Shown: in pieces, positions 12,324-25,200 of the stretch
Layout: each line of letters opens with the position of its first letter
Numbering within the stretch: the first letter of the stretch is position 1
Assembly (NCBI RefSeq): GCF_052425735.1
Contig: NC_135761.1
Span: 43,958,001-44,022,000 of the forward strand
Length of the DNA: 64,000 nucleotides
Direction of reading: 5' to 3'
Source: Oculina patagonica
Taxonomy: Eukaryota
Made by a program: the position numbers and the translations under genes
Notes under the pieces: model-generated
Told to the model about the DNA's origin: nothing
Database searches by the model: none
Seen by the model: the letters and a program-made list of their open reading frames with translations, nothing else

Positions 12324-13576
12324 ATAACGACTCATGTAAATAGGTGATTTTGACATCGGGATGTCCACGCTTGCGAGCTTCTTCCTTGAAGCTAGCAAAC
12401 ACTACTCGATTCAGTTAAATTATGGAGGTTTAACAACGCTAACTTTAAAACGTCTAGAACATTTGACATTTAGGTTGATCTATATATTCCAAAAAGGACC
12501 AACAAACAAAATACACAAACAATTACCGCAAAAAAGATACATGACTGTGAAACAACTGTCGAAACCAGTTAGTTGAAAGTGCATGATTTGGCATTATTTA
12601 CATCTTAGCCTGTCCAAAAAGTTATGCACTATCTTTAAAATATCTGTTAAACGATATTTCATGTCAACATTCGAATATAGAGCGAGCGATTCTTAAATTT
12701 CATACAGAGTTATTTAAGAACATAAAAATGTCCGTAACCTTTAAAAATTGCAACACTCAAATCTACTTATTAGTTGGCAAAATTCTATATTTCACCGTTG
12801 CCAATTTCAAAGGCCGGCCACGAGCAAAATCAAAATAAAAACGTTTATTTTGCAAATGCGGGACTTATGTACAAAACCTGAATTACTCTAAAAAATAGAA
12901 CTTATCAACCGTTATATCACGTCAAGAAAGAGCAATTGATGTAATCTGCTTTTATACCTTAGGGATTGCTCCAAGGAGGTCGCCATTGTGTCAAGCAATC
13001 TTTGATGTCAATGGCTTAATTACGAAGCCTATATAGGAAACAATTCTTTAAGAATAAAAACATTTATTCCAAAGGCTAACAATAAACTTCATTCTTTTTA
13101 GCATTGTGTGTTTTGTTAACATTGCCATCGCAAAGGACAAAACAAAAATCGTGAAACAATAGGCAAGCGTCATTAACTTATGACACTGCCGAAATTCTTG
13201 CCCCGAATATTGCACAACTGGTAAGACTCTGAAAGGCTTTTCTAAAGAGTTGACTCGATTGAAAACGTTTTAGCAAGAAAAGATTCCTAGTGACATGGGT
13301 GAGATCTTTGAAGTGAAAATATTGCTTTAGCTTATCTTTTTGTCATCTGCTATTTGCATACCCCGACAATGAAAACAGCAAACATTGAATTGTTAAGAAG
13401 CTTAACTAAAAAGGTCACTCGGCTTGGCGAGGCTGTCATCAAACACTAGTCCTGATCATAGCATCAAGACTTGTTTGGCCTCGATCACTTGAAATACCAG
13501 TCTCTTTATTTATAAATGCAGTTGTAGAGTTTGAATATGTTGGTGTAGCTGTGGAGTTCGTGGTTAGCTCGATAAT

Positions 13577-15415
13577 ATGGTTGCTAGGTCCCAACGCGTC
13601 CAGGTGGACCCATATCCTGATTATTGACGAACGCCAATACACGCGAGAAGACAATGTTGTTTCAGGCTATGTAACACTGGTAGCCAAGGACGAGACGGTG
13701 TTTATGGCCAGCAGAGATGCTCTTTTAAAGGCAAGTCCTTTCTTTGGAAAACGGCTAAGCAAGGGCACGGAAGAGAGTAAAGAAGAAATCATTCGACTTC
13801 CTATGATATCTGCGACTCTTATGGAAATAATTCTCAAGTTTATTCTTTACAATGGTCGAACACAGATAAACAATGTGGACAACGCAATGGGCTTAATTGT
13901 TGCCGCGGATTATTTGCTTCTTCCTGGTCTGAAACGCATTTCTGAACAATTTTTAGAGAAACGACTGTGTCCCTCAAATTGTATTCCGATATTTTACTTT
14001 TCCGAAGAGCACAATTGCGAAGAATTGGCAGCAAAAGTACGCGATTTTATTCTCTCAAATTTCGCCAACGTGGCCCAGTCGAAAGAGTTTATGGATCTGT
14101 CAAGCGAAGAAATTGAAAAATGGATTTCAAGCGATGAGATTGTTATCAGTGCCGAAGAAGATGTTTTCAAGATAATAGTACGATGGGTTGATCAAAACAA
14201 GTGTGAAAGGACTGAAAAATTCAAGGATTTATTTCGTCACGTAAGACTGATTTTTGTAACGCGTGACTATTTATCCAGTTATATTGCGATGAACGCTCTT
14301 GTGGCTGAAGATGCCAGCTGTTTAGATTGCATGACGCAGGCGCTAAGATGGCTCGATGGAAAAGATGATTGTCATTTTCCATGGCAACAGTTGCCAAGAA
14401 AGTCACTTCAATCAAATGTAATAGCGGCCTGTAGACAGAAGCAAGTTTTATGTTATTTCCCTATGCTAGACAAATGGCGAAGATTACCTGACTTGCAATC
14501 AGAGTCTGTAACTCTTGTGTCGTGTCGAGGAAAGCTTTTCGCTATCGCGCAAGAGATGAATGAATCGCAACGATTTGAGCCTGTTTTAAACCAATGGGTG
14601 CTTTTAGCTAGGACAAAAATTTCCGTTAAGCCACAAGTGCTCGCTGGATCCCATTGCAGAAATGAGATGCAAGTATTTGTATTTCAAGGCGAATATTTAC
14701 GCCGTTGTGAGTAATCCGCTCAGATCTAGTACATTTGCCATGAAATACGACTTCGATTCGAATTCGTGGAATTCGTTTCCAGCTTTCAACTGGGGCCAAA
14801 AAGATCAAGTTTGCATTGTACCAACGGAACAATTCATTTACGCTATTGGTGGTCGGAAGCATAGAAATGCAAACGAAGGATACGTTCAAAGATTTTGTTT
14901 TCTCTCTGATGTGGAAAGATTTGATATGAAAAAGCACACGTGGGAAAAATTGCCTAACATACATGAGGCAAGACGGCTGGCGTTTGGGACCGCTGTCCAG
15001 GATAAGATTGTTATCGCAGGCGGGATTGGGTCAGACGGGGACATTCTGCGATCTTGTGAGTTGTATGACATACTGGAAAACGAGTGGCAGTTTATAGCTG
15101 ACTTTCATGTGCCCAGAATGCTTGGAAGCATGGTTTGTGTGTGTGACAAGCTCTACGTATTGGGTGGGTCCAGCGAGCCTAGTTCTTGTGAAGATGTCAA
15201 ACACATTGTTGAAGTCTATGATCAAGAAAATAACGTATGGAAGATGACCTCCTTAATGCCCTTTGAACGGGCTTTCCGAGGAGACAGCATTCGTCTCACT
15301 GAATGCTTGTTCATTGCAACTTTTTAAAGGGGCCATCAAAAATCTTCAATCTTTAGAGTCTTCTGGACCACAAAAACCAAAGTCCAGTGCTTCCCGTTTA
15401 TGTCGTATCATGTGA
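13577..15415 (+). pseudogene. Intronless kelch-like (BTB-BACK-Kelch) gene with three apparent +1 frameshifts; pseudogene or sequence errors
   Basis: BTB (VTLVAKD...ASPFF...ILKFILY...AADYLLLPGLK), BACK (NC...FILSNF...EEDVF...VRWV...LFRHVRL) and Kelch repeats (IYAIGG, IVIAGG, LYVLGG). Frame changes near 13610-13627 (less certain; upstream ATG at 13577), 14694 (restores GEIYAV) and 15259-15264 (restores ...ACSLQLFKG...CRIM*). Confidence 0.85.
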
Positions 15416-18045
15416 CTAAAATATGAGGTTAACCAATTTGTTATTAGGGGGATTTGTCTGTTGCCATAGCATTCGTGTCTCCCTTGTAACAAGATGTAAT
15501 ATATTTTTTTGAACGGGGCAGGGAAGAAAGATCTCCAGGCGTGTCTAAATTTAGAGATTTTTTAAGAAAATAATTAAAGAATATACATATTCATGTCGTC
15601 TCTCTTTATTCTGAAATAAGTAATAAAGATGTGTTATCCACGTTCTTTGCTAGGCAATAAGATAAACAAACAGAAAGCCGTGAGCTGGTGTAAAATGGCT
15701 ATGAGCAAAGTCTTCGCTCCTAAACAATCCTGAAAAGACCCCAGCAAGGCGAGGGCAACAAAAACAAAGTCATACCGTCATAAAAAATCCAAAACCGAAA
15801 AAAAATGAACCCTTTAAAGAGCTACACAAGCGCGATCCTGTTATTTCAATATCAGCGAAGAATCAGCTCAGTTTCTCAGATGCACTGTCAGCAGGTTAGA
15901 TTCCCTTTTAGCCTTAGAGGCCTTTTAGGCCTTTTTCCCTTTGTATTCCCTGAGTTGACGGAACAGGAGGCTAGAGACCTTTGCCTTGGGTCAAAAATAG
16001 CTTTCATCCGTCCACGGTCTTAGACGACTCTATCTCTTCAAAACGCAATCTCCTTGCATCTTTGCTGACACTTTGAGCCCGCTGTCTCACGCATTTCTTT
16101 ATATTATTCCCGCTCTCTTTTTTGAGCCATCGCAACAAACGTGGCATCACGTGATGGTTCTGTCGCTAAGTAACCGCGGTGCATGCTTAATTTGACTATT
16201 GGTTACTATTTTCGGCCCAGGACAAAGCCAGAGACCTCTGCTAGTAGGGTGCAAGTTAGAAATTGTGTTATTTCTGGTGATATTTAATTTGTCAAAAGCA
16301 AAGACGAAAACAGAGTAAATCAGAAGATGAGCAATCAAGTCACAATGACCTTGTACTATGAAAGGGGCTCAGACAGGAAATACGACATGAACAGGAGCCC
16401 ATCAAGCTCCGGCATGAATTAATGCCTTGAGTTTATTCATGATGTTTTGGTTGATTAGTCAAGTTAAGCCTCCGAACTCGTTTCATTACACGTTTAAAAC
16501 TGTTACCAAGGTAAACAAACTATAACAGAAGCTAAGAAAATGCGGAAATTAAATAATTATATTACGCTAAAAAAAGAAGCAGGAGAAAACGTGTAAAAAT
16601 GTTCTCACCAAGACCATGCGGTCAGGAATTTCTACTTTTGTATCTGAGTGCTAACGCCAAAGATTTTTACGGATTCCGACGATAGTTTGAGCAATAATTG
16701 TAGGTGCAAAAATCAAAAACCAAAAATTTACTCATAGCAATTGCAAGGTAACATTTTGTATCAGCTACTTTAAACATCTTACTATAAATAACTTCTCTAA
16801 GTGACCCCGCGAGTCTGGAGCATTTTCGAAAAAGTTAATGTCAAACCTTGTAAAAAAATCTTAAAACGCGTGTTATTTGAAGTGACTTGAAATTTTCTCT
16901 TTTACATTCATTTTTTCTCACGCCGGGTGATGCATGAGAACACATTTAAGAGTAAGTTTCGCTAATTTTTTTCTTAACTGTTTTCAAACTGTTAACATTC
17001 TATGAATTCTTTTTGGTGACTTTATTTTTGGCTTTATTGTTCGAATGTTTAGCGCAAACCGCAGAAACCGGTTTGTTACGTCAGGCTGTGAAGTGGAAAG
17101 GTCACTAAATCTGTTGAATTCCTGAGTCACAATATAGCAATAATAATAACAATACTTGCTTCGCAGTTTAGAAGTCTCAATGCGTTCACAATTACAATTG
17201 AAAATTAAAAATATAATAATCACCAATGAAAGAGATTGCTATCTTAACAAAAAACAATTACTGGTCAATTATAAAGTGGGTCTGTTCCTTCCAATTTTTT
17301 TAGCGAAGTCGTTCATGCGATTACCGTTATTTATTATCTTTGGGATTAAAAGAATTTAGAGCATTGGCAACTGAAGCTGTAGTAAAAAAGTTTTACAAAT
17401 CAATATTTTATTGGACTCCAGTGATCTTTTAAAACCTTGGATTGATATTTTTTCAGCGGTGAAATGGGAAACCGATTGCAGTTCAACAAACCACTAAGCC
17501 ATATATATTTTGGTCAACCGTTATTTAAAATTAACGTGACATGAGATGGAAAATGGCAATATAATCCGTCTAGACGTAACGGAGCAGTATTTTTAGTGCA
17601 CCTTCAAAGCGTATCCATAACACGATGGATTATGCACAGGGTTACTCTCAAACAAGAGGACACTTAGCAGCGTCATAACGATGCGTCAAAATCACAACAA
17701 CGACACGTACAAAAAAAATGATGGAGGGACACGTCGCAGCGACACGTTTCCTGCAAGGTTTCAGCACACAATCTCGAAGGAACGTGTCTTTGCAGCATGT
17801 CTCCGCTATAATTTCTTGTGTGTGTACAAGCTGTAAATTGTTTCCTTGTGCCTGTCACATTGCGTTTCAGGACCTTTAAGACGAAATTTGAGGATTTTGA
17901 GCTCGTCTAAATGAAGCTACGAGGAATAAAACAATAGACGCATAGGTAATTTATCTGAGTGGATCACGCGTCACTAGAGGTCCATTCATGCAAGACTGAT
18001 TTAATATCGTTCCCAAAAATCGAGATTGGACAACACGCTAAAGTT

Positions 18046-18109
18046 ATGTCCCTCTACAACAGTATGCGGGCGATTTATTTTGTGTTTCTACTTCCTGCTT
18101 TCATCCAGG
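18046..18109 (+). CDS. Duplicate signal-peptide exon (alternative exon 1A) of the mucin-like gene
   Basis: MSLYNSMRAIYFVFLLPAFIQ-G|GTAAGC is a paralog of 19212-19275 (MSHYKSMPAIYFVFILPGFIQ-G|GTAAGT). Both are 64 nt and phase 1. Confidence 0.7.
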
Positions 18110-19211
18110 GTAAGCTATATTTGCATTTCTCTAACACTTTTGATATTCATACTTTAACGGTAAACATTTCGAAGGCGTCTTAGCTCAAAAGGACTTTTGC
18201 CGTTTTCCTCGAAACATGCAAGCATTCGTGTTTGAACTCATGGATGTTAAAATGTAAACTATAGCAGATCGTAGCACGGTAGTTTTTACCCTTTTTTGTG
18301 CAGCACGCTATTAACAAAATTCCACATGTGATAACTTTAGCAGTATTAATGTTTCTTTTTTATGTATTCAACAAACGAACTATTGCAAGTACCCTACGTA
18401 ATATTATATTATAATTTTTATGCAGTAACGTTCCAGATATCAGTGATGTAGCTTTGATTAAACATTTCCTAACTCCCTCTTATAATTGACCATACCAACT
18501 CTTCTAAGTTTGCTTTCTCAATTATATAAAGCTTTAATTCGAGTACTTCAAAGACCTTTTTTAAATGTTTTTGTTCGAGTTGAGAAATAAAAAGTGAAAC
18601 AGCGAGCACACCGGAAGATAGTTCATGGTCAGACGTCTAAGATCGTCTTAACGAACCACGTGTCACTGGTCTAAAGAGGGCCATTTATCAGATAAGACTG
18701 GTGTTATAATATTTATTTTCAGCACATCATAAAATTGTGTACGTTTTTGAAAAAGAAAAAAAAGCTGCAATTAATGACCTGCCCAGTGATCCTTATTAAC
18801 CTTGGCTTAATGCGTTTACATTGTTGTCAAGGTAACTGACGGAAACAAATCAAACAGAAAATAAAAAACGCCATTGTTTTTACTTGAACCAAGTTAAAAT
18901 GCACGATCTTTGTTGTGAAGGAAAGAGAAAGGAAAAACAGCACGTAGAAATTGTCATGGTTTATTATGACGGTTTGGTAATTGGTCCAGCCATCGATCTA
19001 ACTCATTTAAATACTCATTTATTTAATTGCTTACTTCATCGTTGTCAAGACAATCACATATACAAACTAAAACAGAGGAAATAGAAATATTATTTAAGGT
19101 TTGTTTGTGATGAGTTGGCTGTAAAAGTCTCTACTGATGTCGCCTTGCCATTCATGCAAGACCGATTTAACATCGTGCCAAAAATTCGAGATTAAACAAC
19201 ACGCCAAAGTA

Positions 19212-22200
19212 ATGTCGCACTACAAAAGTATGCCGGCAATTTATTTTGTGTTTATCCTTCCTGGTTTTATCCAGGGTAAGTGATACCTACTTTCCTTAAC
19301 ACTTTTGATATTCATGCATTTCGAAGGCGTCTTAGCTATAATTAGGGCGCGTTTTTTACCCACGATTCCGGAATAAGAATGGTTGGTGTAGATTGCTAGG
19401 AATAATTCGGATTGCCTGCACTAAAAAAAACGCCCATTTGGTCGAGCAGAATGGATGGAATTGCTTTCTGTCTATTCCAGGCGCGGTGGCCTAATGGTTA
19501 GAGCGCCGGACTCCGGATCGAGCGGTCCGAGTTCGAGCCCCGGCCGGGGTCACTTGTGTTGTGTTCTTGGGCAAGACACTTTACTCTCATAGTGCCTCTC
19601 TCCACCCAGGTGTATAAATGGGTACCGGCGACATAATGCTGGGGGGGGGGGGGGGGGGAACCCTGCAATGGACTAGCATCCCATTCAGGGGGAGTAGAAA
19701 TATTCCTAGCCGCTTAATGCTACGGAAACCGGGATAAGCTCCGGCAGTGTGGGCCGCTTGGCTCGTGGCTTCTCCTTTATTCAGAATAGGAATGCGGAAT
19801 AGAAAAACGCGCGCATTTCACAATCTGGCCATTCTCATTCCAGAATTGTGAATAAAAAACGCGCCCTTAAAAAGGACCTACGCCGGTTTACTCGACACAT
19901 GCAAGCCGTCCGGTGTTTTAAATCATGGATCATCCTCAGAAACACCCAGGGGCAGTTAGTGGGGGCGACGGGCAGCCACTCCTAGATCCGGGATAAGCTC
20001 CGGCCTGAAGGGCCACAAGGCTCGAACGCTGACTTTACCTTGCCTTCCTCTTCAGTTCGAGTTCCTATGCATGTTATTGCTTGTGGCCCAGCAACTAATT
20101 CAACTGTTTACATGTCATGTAAGTAAATGAACCTAAGGAAAGTAGTTCAAACTTAGGTAAAATGACTACAGCAGGTGGATAAATTCAGTGAAGGAATTCC
20201 ATTTTCAAAATTGTATTCAACACGATGCTGATCTGTGTTTTGACTCAAATTAAATATTTTAATTTACGTGTTTGAATTTCGTTCATGTATGTGAGCATAT
20301 CACCCAATGACATATCAAACAAGCTAACCGTAACGTACCTCCGAGAGTGCAGTCTCCATTTCACTATTTTTTCCAAAACCTGACAGTCTGTATTCTTTTT
20401 AATCTGCTTCAGTTTCTCAAAGTGACCTGGCAAGTCCCAGCCTAGTCATGAAGAACGAGTCTCTGCCTTCAATTGAGTCTGCATCAGTCAGTTCAAGTAT
20501 GTCTGGTCAGTCAGATATTGGATCGGCGAGTGTCTTGAAGACCCAGGTTGCCAGTGAGAGTAACTTCTCTTCACAAACACAAAGCCCAAACGCGTTTATA
20601 ACAGCAACGACATCAGCACGTTTGCAAGTTACCATTGCGACTGATTTCTTCTGGCAGACCGAGAGCCCAACTCCATCTTTTACAACAACATCGCCATCAA
20701 GTTTGCAAGTGACCAGAGAGAGCGTTTTTGTCTCACAGACCCAAAAACCAACTCCGTCCTTAACAAAGACATCATCGTCAAGCTCACAAGGGGCCATTGA
20801 AAGTGATCTCTTCCCACAGACCAAAACGCCAACTCCTTCTTTAAGCGTTTCCACGCAAATGAGTAAGTTCTAAACTTTCCTTCATTCCAAGCCAGTTTAA
20901 TCGATTTATTTTCTTTCCACATGTAAGCCAACCAGCAAGACAACTAAGATGTTGTTTGTTGCTTGGTCTCAAAATTGTAGTCACACATCATACTTGCCGA
21001 ATTTAGAAAGAGAACTTTTTAATAATGCATATGTATTACTTTATTCGAATTAAATCATCGTGAGGACAATAAAGTGGAGGCAGGTCTAGAGTGAAAGGTA
21101 TTATTTTAAGGCTATAAACAGCTGATAAATTTAAATGCTACGATGAAATAATTGAGTCATAACTCTCACGTACATTGTATGTTTTTTTTCTCTGCTGTTT
21201 CAGGTTCTTCTCAACAAGTTAGTACGTCGCAGAAAACTTCCCAAACTACGAAGCCGAGTGTGTCCTCGACAAGTCCATCAGCTAGTGTTTCCATGTCCGT
21301 CAGTGGAACATTGTCTGCAAGCCAGCCTAAACCTACATCACAAAGTGCCACAGCGAGTCTAAGCCAGAAGGTGTCGGTGTCCTCAAGCGAATCCGCATCA
21401 GTCCGTCCAAGTGAATCACAGTCCCACAGTTCAACACCTTCTTTGACGAGAAGTTCCTCAGTAATTACACCATCAAGCAGTAAAAATGGTTCATTGTCTA
21501 CAAGTCCATCGGAAAGTTCGTTTCCGTCCCCGAGTCCGAACATTTCTGCGTCGAAAAGTGAGTCCATAGGTTAATTACATCAGTCATTTTAATGGTACAA
21601 GTATCGAAAAGTTGATAGCATAACACAGCACAGCATTGCATAGCATGACATAACATAGAACTGCACAGCACAGTACAGCAAAGCAGAGCATAGCATTGCA
21701 TAGCATTGCATGGCATAGCATAGCATANNNNNNNNNNNNNNNNNNNNNNNNNNNNNNNNNNNNNNNNNNNNNNNNNNNNNNNNNNNNNNNNNNNNNNNNN
21801 NNNNNNNNNNNNNNNNNNNNNNNNNNNNNNNNNNNNNNNNNNNNNNNNNNNNNNNNNNNNNNNNNNNNNNNNNNNNNNNNNNNNNNNNNNNNNNNNNNNN
21901 NATATGTATTTATAGTGGTCATGCACTTAGCTTCATATCTCAACGAGATAGCTAGTTTACAGGCATGCCACTGAAACAGAGGAAACAAATAATTTATAAA
22001 AGAACATAACNNNNNNNNNNNNNNNNNNNNNNNNNNNNNNNNNNNNNNNNNNNNNNNNNNNNNNNNNNNNNNNNNNNNNNNNNNNNNNNNNNNNNNNNNN
22101 NNNNNNNNNNNNNNNNNNNNNNNNNNNNNNNNNNNNNNNNCATTTTCTCTCCTTTACCTTAGCTACAATGACTCCTGTGCCATCAACCACAGGTCAGTTA

Positions 22201-25200
22201 CTTCTTTATTTATTACGCACTGTTCAGTCACTGCCTCTTTTAATTGCACACGTTTTTTTTTCTCAGAGATTATTTTTTGTATAATTATTAAGTTTTCCAC
22301 ATAACTGATCTTGACATTCCTTTTTTTCGTTATTAGTTACCACAACAGCATAATCATTTTTTGCATGTCTCAGGGTTGTAAATAGGACTTTTGAAAGTAT
22401 TCTCCCCTTAGACACTTTGTAAAATTATAAGTCCAGTCTCCCACACTGTTGCCAAGAATTAAGTTAGGCACGTAGGTTTGTGTAGATATCAAAGTCTATA
22501 AAGTTCAAGTAATCCAGACCATTTGCCAGAAAAGAAAACTGAATGGAACGATTGTTATTTGAATATTTTTTCTCTTTAATATCCAAGGAGAGCGTCAAAA
22601 CTCCAACAGAGCGGTAATATAGCTTTCAAAGTTGAGAAATGTAGTAAAATCACGACCTTTTTTACATTACATCGCATACATACATCATCTTATATGCAAC
22701 ATTGCTACGTTTTTTAACTTTAACATACTAGTCTTCAGTCATCTGCAAAATTAGCCATGGTTTGGTTCAAAATGAAACTTAATTGACTGTTTTTACTGTT
22801 AGTCTGCAATTGTCTGAAATATTACATGATACTGATATTCATTTGATCCATTCTTTTGATTCAAAGCTATTCCTTATGAGAGCAACATGTATCCGTATGG
22901 CCCGCAGTACAATGATGACGAGTTTCGTCTTGAAGACTCTCCTTATTTCTCTTACTACCACTGCTTGAAAATCAATACGGACTGGACTGGATTTCCATTC
23001 TTTTCAGAAAGGCATTACAAGTTGCATGTAGGTATCTCTTAATATTGTTAAAAACGATGTTAGTCTGTAAAACCGCGAAAAAATATAGTACAAATTAAAG
23101 ATGTCAGACTTATTAATAATGACAACTTTCCACTCAAAAAATACCAAAAAAGTAAAGAACAGATGGCACATTTGCTTTCGTTCGATGAAAGTGAATAATA
23201 TTCCCTTTAGGAGAGAGGTGCAGTTTGCGGGCTCACGCGAGATCAAATATTCCAAGTTCGATTCCTGGTCAGTGTATTTGTATCTGAGTTGTGTTCTTAG
23301 GCAAGGCACTTTACTCTCACAATGCCTCTCTGTAAGGGATAAATGGATACTTGCGAATTGTTTGGGCACCATATAGAAAGCTTGGAGGTAGCCTTCCATT
23401 AAGGGGGAGTAAGCAATGCTAGTCCATTCATTCTCTACAGAAACGGGGTTACAAAAAATTAAGCGCGGCACTGACAAAGCACCTTGTCTAAAAGTGCTAT
23501 GCTCTTCCTTTGCCGAACAAAAATTACGTTGTATGATAATTTTCTCAAAATACTTTTTCTTCGATTTACAGATATGTCGCAATGGTATAATCCAAATGAA
23601 CTATGAATGGAGCTGGTGGTGGCCACGAAAGTTTGGTGCCTACCGGTGGTTTAGAAATATGGCTGTTATGGCACCGTTCTGGGCCACAACTGATATGAAC
23701 TTTGCCTTTAGAGCCAATCACTCAAAGGTGTATTATCAAGTGTACAAGCAAAGCACGGAAAGCTCCGCCGCGATCCTCAGTATGGCCACAAAGCATGTCC
23801 AAAACTACACTGGAAACTTTACCAACTTTAACGCAACTTGGGTTCTTGTTGTGACCTGGGTGAAGCTCTGCCCTTACGTCTACTACCCATATTACTACTA
23901 CTATCGAAATAACGACGACTTTCAGTTAAACTGCCCCTGGGTAGGAATTTATCTTATTAATCAAAACATAATTCCGTTATTCCTTTGTTTATTATAATTA
24001 CCTGAAATTGTTGTAGTCTATGTTTATGTAACCCATAACAGCCAGTCCTATTTAAACCTTAAAATGACAGCAATTTAACTTGAACAGCAGAGTTATCTAA
24101 ACATTGAACACTCACTATTTATCTTCTCTTTTACCTCGAACGAATGTTACCTGAATTTCTTTGTTAAGTACTAGTAACATGTAAAAAGTAACATAAAAAA
24201 TGGAAAGGACAATCACCATGGCTACATCAAATTTTTGTAAATCAAATTTAACTGAAAACTTGAAGTGTAATTTTCTGTTGCTTTTTTTTATTTTACTTTA
24301 ATTTGCAGAGTAACACATTTCAAGCTGTTATAATAACAGATGGATTTAACACATTTTTGATGTACAATTACCCTTATGGCGGAATTCAATGGGTGGTTCC
24401 AGCGGATCGGTAAGTTTATTTGCTTTGGTCCCATTGTGCTTGTCAAGATTGCTCCTATTTTTGTAAACCAATCAATCCATCCATTCCAGGATTGATTAAC
24501 CATCCAACCATCCAATTAACAAACTAACCAACTAACCAGCCAACCAACCAAACGACCGACCGACCGACCGACCGACCGACCGACGGACCGACCGACGGAC
24601 CGACCGACCAAAACCCCTACAGTAGTGAAGCTTTTTGTTAATAGTCTTACAAAAAAGCCTTGTGATAATTGTTAAACTTAAAGCAATACTATTGACTTTT
24701 AGGAAGTATTACCGTTACTGGACAAACTACTACGGTCTTCCTGTCGCTGGCTGGAACGCAGGAGATAATGGTCAAAACTATCACAATCACAAAAGGTGAG
24801 AGATTTGGGCAAGTTTGTGTTTTTAATTATAACGTGCTATTTTTGTATAAGCATAATACTGCAAATCCATATATGCACAGTAAGTCAGAAAACCGGTCAG
24901 AGACCACACCCTATTTATATTTTCGTGTTATCGAGATATTTTTCAGAAGATGTACTATAAGATGACATCGTAGTTTTACAGAAGTGTTCAATATTCTGAA
25001 AATGGGGTGACATCTTATCCCACAAGCAATATACCTATATTTTTTTTATTGTATCTTAAAATTAATTGCGTATTTGAATGGCCAGACATGCCTGTACTTA
25101 TGACACTGCAATAATATTTTACATTTACAATTTTATCTCTTTCTTTTTTGTGGCATACCTGAAAACTAGCTGGTGCGTTTCTGCAGATTTTGCTAGTCAT

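Noticed and set aside
15760-16150. Possible decayed retroelement ORF1 on the minus strand
   Set aside because: Purine-rich but with multiple stops and no recognisable motif
20507-21567. Antisense ORFs over the mucin Ser/Thr exons
   Set aside because: Shadow ORFs arising from biased codon content
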